Below are positions 56,495-64,000 of a DNA stretch of 64,000 nucleotides, piece after piece. The DNA comes from Escherichia coli. GTDB lineage: Bacteria; Pseudomonadota; Gammaproteobacteria; Enterobacterales; Enterobacteriaceae. A program made the translations under genes and the position numbers. The stretch lies in the NCBI RefSeq assembly GCF_051903065.1, contig NZ_CP178438.1; one strand, written 5' to 3'. A model generated the notes under the pieces. The model was not told the DNA's origin, ran no database searches, and saw nothing but the letters and a program-made list of their open reading frames with translations. Each line of letters opens with the position of its first letter. Position 1 is the first letter of the stretch.

Positions 56495-59400
56495 ATGATT
56501 GAATGGATTATTCGTCGCTCGGTGGCGAACCGTTTTCTGGTGCTGATGGGCGCGTTATTTCTGAGTATCTGGGGCACCTGGACCATCATTAACACGCCAG
56601 TGGATGCGTTGCCGGATCTCTCCGATGTGCAGGTGATTATTAAAACCAGCTATCCCGGTCAGGCACCGCAAATCGTTGAAAATCAGGTGACTTATCCGCT
56701 AACTACCACCATGTTGTCGGTGCCTGGCGCGAAGACTGTGCGTGGTTTCTCGCAGTTTGGCGACTCTTATGTGTATGTCATTTTCGAAGATGGCACCGAT
56801 CCGTACTGGGCGCGCTCGCGGGTGCTGGAGTACCTCAACCAGGTACAGGGTAAGCTGCCTGCGGGAGTCAGCGCCGAGCTGGGACCAGATGCCACGGGTG
56901 TTGGCTGGATCTATGAATATGCACTGGTGGATCGCAGCGGTAAGCACGATCTGGCCGATTTACGCTCATTGCAGGACTGGTTTCTCAAATATGAGCTAAA
57001 AACCATCCCTGACGTTGCGGAAGTGGCGTCGGTGGGCGGCGTGGTGAAAGAGTATCAGGTGGTTATCGATCCCCAGCGCCTGGCGCAATATGGTATCAGT
57101 CTCGCCGAAGTAAAAAGCGCGCTGGATGCTTCAAACCAGGAAGCGGGCGGTTCGTCGATTGAACTGGCGGAAGCGGAATATATGGTGCGCGCCAGCGGCT
57201 ATCTGCAAACGCTCGACGACTTTAATCACATCGTTTTAAAAGCCAGTGAAAATGGCGTGCCCGTTTATCTGCGCGATGTTGCGAAGGTCCAGATTGGCCC
57301 GGAGATGCGCCGGGGCATTGCCGAACTAAACGGCGAAGGCGAAGTGGCGGGCGGGGTGGTGATCCTGCGCTCCGGCAAAAACGCCCGAGAAGTGATCGCC
57401 GCCGTGAAGGACAAACTGGAAACGCTGAAAAGTAGTCTGCCGGAAGGCGTGGAGATAGTTACAACATACGATCGCAGCCAGCTCATTGACCGCGCCATCG
57501 ACAACCTCAGCGGCAAGTTGCTGGAAGAGTTTATTGTGGTGGCGGTAGTCTGTGCGCTGTTTCTCTGGCATGTGCGCTCGGCGCTGGTGGCGATTATTTC
57601 GTTGCCGCTGGGGTTGTGTATTGCTTTTATTGTCATGCACTTCCAGGGGCTGAATGCCAATATTATGTCGCTGGGTGGCATTGCGATTGCCGTCGGGGCG
57701 ATGGTCGATGCCGCTATCGTCATGATCGAGAATGCACATAAACGGCTGGAAGAGTGGCAGCACCAGCATCCTGACGCCACGCTGGATAATAAAACGCGCT
57801 GGCAGGTGATCACCGATGCATCTGTTGAAGTGGGGCCGGCACTGTTTATCAGTCTGCTGATTATCACGTTGTCATTTATCCCGATCTTCACCCTGGAAGG
57901 GCAGGAAGGGCGTCTGTTTGGCCCGCTGGCGTTCACTAAAACCTATGCGATGGCGGGTGCGGCGCTGCTGGCGATCGTAGTGATCCCTATCCTGATGGGT
58001 TACTGGATCCGTGGCAAAATTCCGCCAGAAAGCAGTAACCCGCTCAATCGCTTTTTGATTCGTGTTTATCATCCGCTGTTGCTGAAAGTACTGCACTGGC
58101 CGAAAACCACGCTGCTGGTGGCGGCGCTTTCGGTGCTGACGGTTCTCTGGCCGCTCAATAAAGTTGGCGGGGAATTTTTACCACAGATCAATGAAGGCGA
58201 CTTGTTGTATATGCCATCGACGTTGCCGGGGATTTCCGCAGCGGAGGCGGCGAGTATGCTGCAAAAAACCGACAAGCTGATTATGAGCGTACCTGAAGTG
58301 GCGCGGGTATTTGGCAAAACCGGAAAAGCGGAAACCGCCACCGACTCTGCTCCGCTGGAGATGGTGGAAACGACCATCCAGCTTAAGCCACAGGATCAGT
58401 GGCGGCCAGGCATGACGATGGACAAAATCATTGAGGAACTGGATAACACCGTGCGTCTGCCGGGGCTGGCGAATCTGTGGGTGCCGCCAATTCGTAACCG
58501 TATCGATATGCTCTCAACCGGCATTAAAAGCCCCATCGGCATTAAAGTTTCCGGCACTGTGCTGGCGGATATCGACGCGATGGCGGAGCAAATTGAAGAA
58601 GTGGCGCGAACGGTGCCAGGCGTAGCTTCTGCGCTTGCCGAGCGTCTGGAAGGTGGGCGCTATATCAACGTTGAGATTAACCGTGAAAAAGCCGCGCGTT
58701 ACGGTATGACGGTGGCGGATGTGCAGTTGTTTGTGACTTCTGCGGTGGGCGGGGCGATGGTTGGCGAAACGGTGGAAGGGATTGCCCGTTATCCAATTAA
58801 TCTGCGTTATCCGCAAAGCTGGCGCGATAGTCCGCAGGCACTGCGCCAGTTGCCGATCCTGACGCCGATGAAGCAGCAAATCACCCTGGCAGACGTGGCC
58901 GACGTTAAAGTCTCTACCGGACCGTCGATGCTGAAAACCGAGAATGCGCGCCCGACGAGCTGGATTTATATCGATGCCCGCGATCGTGACATGGTGTCGG
59001 TGGTTCACGATTTGCAAAAAGCGATAGCTGAAAAAGTGCAGTTAAAACCGGGCACCAGCGTGGCATTCTCCGGGCAGTTCGAGCTACTGGAGCGCGCCAA
59101 CCATAAGCTGAAACTCATGGTGCCGATGACGTTGATGATTATCTTCGTGCTGTTGTATCTGGCGTTCCGTCGGGTGGGCGAAGCGTTGCTGATTATCAGC
59201 AGCGTACCGTTTGCGCTGGTGGGCGGCATCTGGTTGCTGTGGTGGATGGGCTTTCATCTTTCCGTGGCGACGGGTACCGGGTTTATCGCTCTCGCCGGAG
59301 TCGCTGCCGAATTTGGCGTGGTGATGCTGATGTATTTACGTCACGCCATAGAGGCAGATCCGTCGCTAGATAATCCACAAACATTCAGTGAGCAGAAGCT

Positions 59401-59638
59401 GGATGAGGCGTTGTATCACGGTGCGGTACTGCGCGTGCGCCCGAAAGCGATGACGGTGGCGGTGATTATCGCCGGTCTGTTGCCGATTCTGTGGGGAACA
59501 GGAGCAGGGTCAGAGGTGATGAGCCGGATTGCCGCGCCGATGATTGGCGGCATGATCACCGCGCCTTTGCTGTCGCTGTTTATTATCCCGGCGGCGTATA
59601 AGCTGATGTGGCTGCACCGACATCGGGTACGGAAATAA
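56495..59638 (+). CDS. cusA: RND heavy-metal efflux pump
   Basis: 1047-aa 12-TM RND ORF. Confidence 0.95.
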   Translation: MIEWIIRRSVANRFLVLMGALFLSIWGTWTIINTPVDALPDLSDVQVIIKTSYPGQAPQIVENQVTYPLTTTMLSVPGAKTVRGFSQFGDSYVYVIFEDGTDPYWARSRVLEYLNQVQGKLPAGVSAELGPDATGVGWIYEYALVDRSGKHDLADLRSLQDWFLKYELKTIPDVAEVASVGGVVKEYQVVIDPQRLAQYGISLAEVKSALDASNQEAGGSSIELAEAEYMVRASGYLQTLDDFNHIVLKASENGVPVYLRDVAKVQIGPEMRRGIAELNGEGEVAGGVVILRSGKNAREVIAAVKDKLETLKSSLPEGVEIVTTYDRSQLIDRAIDNLSGKLLEEFIVVAVVCALFLWHVRSALVAIISLPLGLCIAFIVMHFQGLNANIMSLGGIAIAVGAMVDAAIVMIENAHKRLEEWQHQHPDATLDNKTRWQVITDASVEVGPALFISLLIITLSFIPIFTLEGQEGRLFGPLAFTKTYAMAGAALLAIVVIPILMGYWIRGKIPPESSNPLNRFLIRVYHPLLLKVLHWPKTTLLVAALSVLTVLWPLNKVGGEFLPQINEGDLLYMPSTLPGISAAEAASMLQKTDKLIMSVPEVARVFGKTGKAETATDSAPLEMVETTIQLKPQDQWRPGMTMDKIIEELDNTVRLPGLANLWVPPIRNRIDMLSTGIKSPIGIKVSGTVLADIDAMAEQIEEVARTVPGVASALAERLEGGRYINVEINREKAARYGMTVADVQLFVTSAVGGAMVGETVEGIARYPINLRYPQSWRDSPQALRQLPILTPMKQQITLADVADVKVSTGPSMLKTENARPTSWIYIDARDRDMVSVVHDLQKAIAEKVQLKPGTSVAFSGQFELLERANHKLKLMVPMTLMIIFVLLYLAFRRVGEALLIISSVPFALVGGIWLLWWMGFHLSVATGTGFIALAGVAAEFGVVMLMYLRHAIEADPSLDNPQTFSEQKLDEALYHGAVLRVRPKAMTVAVIIAGLLPILWGTGAGSEVMSRIAAPMIGGMITAPLLSLFIIPAAYKLMWLHRHRVRK

Positions 59639-59739
59639 AAGCAGGATACCCCGTTTAACCGTGTGGATTGTGTCTTGCGACGATGGGCACTAAATGTTAA
59701 AAGGTGCCCCTCAACAAAAAAGACACACAGGGGAAAGGC

Positions 59740-61116
59740 GTGAAAAACGCGTCAACCGTATCGGAAGATACTGCGTCGAATCAAGAGCCGACGCTTCATC
59801 GCGGATTACATAACCGTCATATTCAACTGATTGCGCTGGGTGGCGCAATTGGTACTGGTCTGTTTCTTGGCATTGGCCCGGCGATTCAGATGGCGGGTCC
59901 GGCTGTATTGCTGGGCTACGGCGTCGCCGGGATCATCGCTTTCCTGATTATGCGCCAGCTTGGCGAAATGGTGGTTGAGGAGCCGGTATCCGGTTCATTT
60001 GCCCACTTTGCCTATAAATACTGGGGACCGTTCGCCGGGTTCCTCTCCGGCTGGAACTACTGGGTGATGTTCGTGCTGGTGGGAATGGCAGAGCTGACCG
60101 CTGCGGGCATCTATATGCAGTACTGGTTCCCGGATGTTCCAACGTGGATTTGGGCTGCCGCCTTCTTTATTATCATCAACGCCGTTAACCTGGTGAACGT
60201 GCGCTTATATGGCGAAACCGAGTTCTGGTTTGCGCTGATTAAAGTGCTGGCAATCATCGGTATGATCGGCTTTGGCCTGTGGCTGCTATTTTCTGGTCAC
60301 GGCGGCGAGAAAGCCAGTATCGACAACCTCTGGCGCTACGGTGGTTTCTTCGCCACCGGCTGGAATGGGCTGATTTTGTCGCTGGCGGTAATTATGTTCT
60401 CCTTCGGCGGTCTGGAGCTGATTGGGATTACTGCCGCTGAAGCGCGCGATCCGGAAAAAAGCATTCCAAAAGCGGTAAATCAGGTGGTGTATCGCATCCT
60501 GCTGTTTTACATCGGTTCACTGGTGGTTTTACTGGCACTCTATCCGTGGGTGGAAGTGAAATCTAACAGTAGCCCGTTTGTGATGATTTTCCATAATCTC
60601 GACAGCAACGTGGTAGCTTCTGCGCTGAACTTCGTCATTCTGGTAGCATCGCTGTCAGTGTATAACAGCGGGGTTTACTCTAACAGCCGCATGCTGTTTG
60701 GCCTTTCTGTGCAGGGTAATGCGCCGAAGTTTTTGACTCGCGTCAGCCGTCGCGGCGTGCCGATTAACTCGCTGATGCTTTCCGGAGCGATCACTTCGCT
60801 GGTGGTGTTAATCAACTATCTGCTGCCGCAAAAAGCGTTTGGTCTGCTGATGGCGCTGGTGGTAGCAACGCTGCTGTTGAACTGGATTATGATCTGCCTG
60901 GCGCATCTGCGTTTTCGTGCTGCGATGCGACGTCAGGGGCGTGAAACACAGTTTAAGGCGCTGCTCTATCCGTTCGGAAACTATCTCTGCATTGCCTTCC
61001 TCGGCATGATTTTGCTGCTGATGTGCACGATAGATGATATGCGCTTGTCAGCGATCCTGCTGCCGGTGTGGATTGTATTCCTGTTTGTGGCATTTAAAAC
61101 GCTGCGTCGGAAATAA
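59740..61116 (+). CDS. pheP: Phenylalanine-specific permease (APC family)
   Basis: Track ORF starts 59704; GTG start at VKNASTVSED gives 458 aa. Confidence 0.85.
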   Translation: MKNASTVSEDTASNQEPTLHRGLHNRHIQLIALGGAIGTGLFLGIGPAIQMAGPAVLLGYGVAGIIAFLIMRQLGEMVVEEPVSGSFAHFAYKYWGPFAGFLSGWNYWVMFVLVGMAELTAAGIYMQYWFPDVPTWIWAAAFFIIINAVNLVNVRLYGETEFWFALIKVLAIIGMIGFGLWLLFSGHGGEKASIDNLWRYGGFFATGWNGLILSLAVIMFSFGGLELIGITAAEARDPEKSIPKAVNQVVYRILLFYIGSLVVLLALYPWVEVKSNSSPFVMIFHNLDSNVVASALNFVILVASLSVYNSGVYSNSRMLFGLSVQGNAPKFLTRVSRRGVPINSLMLSGAITSLVVLINYLLPQKAFGLLMALVVATLLLNWIMICLAHLRFRAAMRRQGRETQFKALLYPFGNYLCIAFLGMILLLMCTIDDMRLSAILLPVWIVFLFVAFKTLRRK

Positions 61117-61147
61117 GGCATTCACGCTACATCCGACAAAACGATGT

Positions 61148-61181
61148 CCGCTCTCATCCATTCGATGAGAGCGGTTTTTTT
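61148..61181. terminator. Bidirectional terminator between convergent pheP and ybdG
   Basis: CCGCTCTCATC-CATTC-GATGAGAGCGG hairpin followed by TTTTTTT. Confidence 0.75.
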
Positions 61182-61183
61182 AA

Positions 61184-62479
<1,296 letters not shown>

Positions 62480-62519
62480 TTATGCAAATCAGGAGAATCT
62501 GAGGGGGGATTTCCTGCGA

Positions 62520-62640
62520 GGGCTGATGGCAAATACAAAATTGCCTGATGCGCTACGCTTATCATGCCTACCTGAATGAATTGGCACGAACTTGTAGGCA
62601 GGATAAGGCGGTCACGCCGCATCCGGCATAAACAAAGCGC
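62520..62640. repeat. REP/BIME element
   Basis: TGCCTGATGCGCTACGCTTATCATGCCTAC ... GTAGGCAGGATAAGGCGGTCACGCCGCATCCGGCA. Confidence 0.85.
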
Positions 62641-62688
62641 ACTTTGTCAGCAATCTGAGCCGGGATGGGGTCCCGGCTGTCAGGAGAA

Positions 62689-63342
62689 TTACACTTCGGT
62701 TAAGGTGATGTTTTGCGGCAGACGAGATTTCGGCAGCGTAGCGTTAAAATCTTCAACGCTGTGATGACCTACCGGAACAACCACCAGACTGGTGTAGCCT
62801 TTCTCTTTCAGACCAAATTCTGCATCGAGGATGGCGGCGTCAAAACCTTCGATAGGTACCGCGTCCAGACCCAGAGCCGCCACGCCGAGCAGGAAGTTAC
62901 CGACGTTGAGATAAACCTGTTTTGCCATCCACTCTGCATCATCATGCAGATCTTTACGGTGCATATCGGCGAAGAACTTGCGACCTTTATCGTTCGCGGC
63001 TTTCGCTTCCGGCGTGGCAAAGCGGCCATCAGCATCTTCCTGGTCAACAACCAGCTTCAGCCAGGCATCGTCCATCGCGGTTTTTGCACAGAACACTACG
63101 ACGTGCGAGGCATCAAGTATTTTACGTTCGTTGAACACATAATTACCGGCAGCGGATTTGGCAACACGCGCTTTACCTTCTTCCGTGCTGGCAACAATAA
63201 AATGCCACGGCTGGGAGTTGGTGCTGGATGGGCTGTATTGCAGTAGCGTTTTGATCTGCTCGGCCTGTTCCGGGGTAAGTTTTTTGCTGGCATCAAATGC
63301 CTTAGTGGAATGACGCTTTAAGGCGACAGAAATGATATCCAT
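62689..63342 (-). CDS. nfsB: Oxygen-insensitive NAD(P)H nitroreductase
   Basis: Start at [17 protein letters not shown] gives 217 aa. Confidence 0.9.
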   Translation of the reverse strand: MDIISVALKRHSTKAFDASKKLTPEQAEQIKTLLQYSPSSTNSQPWHFIVASTEEGKARVAKSAAGNYVFNERKILDASHVVVFCAKTAMDDAWLKLVVDQEDADGRFATPEAKAANDKGRKFFADMHRKDLHDDAEWMAKQVYLNVGNFLLGVAALGLDAVPIEGFDAAILDAEFGLKEKGYTSLVVVPVGHHSVEDFNATLPKSRLPQNITLTEV

Positions 63343-63435
63343 AAAGACTCCATGTGAAAGTAATTTTGCGTGCCAGCAGATTACAAGGTTCAACGAGAAA
63401 TGGTAAGCGAGAAAAATGCGCTATAGATTTCCGCT

Positions 63436-63804
63436 TTAGCCTGGACGCACTCTTTTTTGATCGCGTTTAACCAGACCATCAACCACCAGATTCCACGAAT
63501 CGTTGATCAGATCGCGAAGTAACGCTTCGGAGATTTCCTCGCCGGGATACACCGAAATCCAGTGCTTTTTATTCATGTGATACCCTGGCTTAATGCTTGG
63601 GTATATTTGCTGATTTAACAGGGATTTTTGTGGATCGGACTTCAGATTGATAAAGGGGACGCCGCGTAGCTCCGACGACAGCATAAAAATCTTGCCGCCA
63701 ATTTTAAAAACATCGAACTCCGGGCCAAAAGGCCAGCAAAGCTCGACAAAGGGTAACTCAAGGGCCAGGCGTTTCGCCGTTTCGTGCAGTGATTGCTTAT
63801 CCAT
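63436..63804 (-). CDS. ybdF: DUF419 protein YbdF
   Basis: Track ORF to 63924; start at [13 protein letters not shown] gives 122 aa. Confidence 0.8.
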   Translation of the reverse strand: MDKQSLHETAKRLALELPFVELCWPFGPEFDVFKIGGKIFMLSSELRGVPFINLKSDPQKSLLNQQIYPSIKPGYHMNKKHWISVYPGEEISEALLRDLINDSWNLVVDGLVKRDQKRVRPG

Positions 63805-63868
63805 AAACGTTCCTTTAGGCGAAGGAGAATAAGCAAAGTATGCCGCGAAGTACGGCGATAATCGACGT

Positions 63869-64000
63869 TTAATCCGCCAGCGAGAACCAGCGTCGCCAGA
63901 TAAAGCGCAGAACAAAATACTCAATAGCGCCCAGCACTAAAAACCACAGACAAAACAATAAAGTGTAAAGCTGACTAAGATCCATCAGATGGAACGTGGT
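63869..64000 (-). CDS. ybdJ: YbdJ (DUF1158 membrane protein), 3' part only
   Basis: Hand-translated minus-strand frame ending ...[21 protein letters not shown]; runs off the window. Confidence 0.6.
   Translation of the reverse strand, partial: TTFHLMDLSQLYTLLFCLWFLVLGAIEYFVLRFIWRRWFSLAD

Overview
This window reads as an Escherichia coli chromosomal segment colinear with the K-12 fetAB-tesA-ybbAP / allantoin regulon / purEK-cysS-folD / sfm fimbriae-fimZ-argU / envY-ybcH-nfrAB / cusRS-cusCFBA / pheP-ybdG-nfsB region. Gene identities come from my recognition of the translated ORFs, motifs and synteny, not from a database search; coordinates I placed by eye may be off by 1-2 nt. Almost all of it is ordinary, well-described core genome. 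Four departures from the K-12 layout stand out. (1) The ybbP-selU spacer, where K-12 carries the rhsD element, is only about 0.9 kb here and contains an unlisted 27-codon hydrophobic ORF with a strong Shine-Dalgarno sequence. It is paired with a divergent promoter-to-terminator unit of about 90 nt whose 5' end is perfectly complementary over 16 nt to the region upstream of the small ORF. This is the architecture of a type I toxin/antitoxin locus (tisB/istR, dinQ/agrB, zorO/orzO style) and is my best candidate for an undescribed system. (2) and (3) Two complete 768-bp IS1 copies in inverted orientation, each with its own 9-bp target duplication, interrupt allE (ylbA) and fdrA and bracket allC-allD. 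(4) argU is followed directly by envY with no DLP12 prophage, appY or ompT. Together with the IS1 load this suggests a B-lineage (BL21/REL606-like) background, which is inference only. No CRISPR array or rRNA is present; one tRNA (argU) is.
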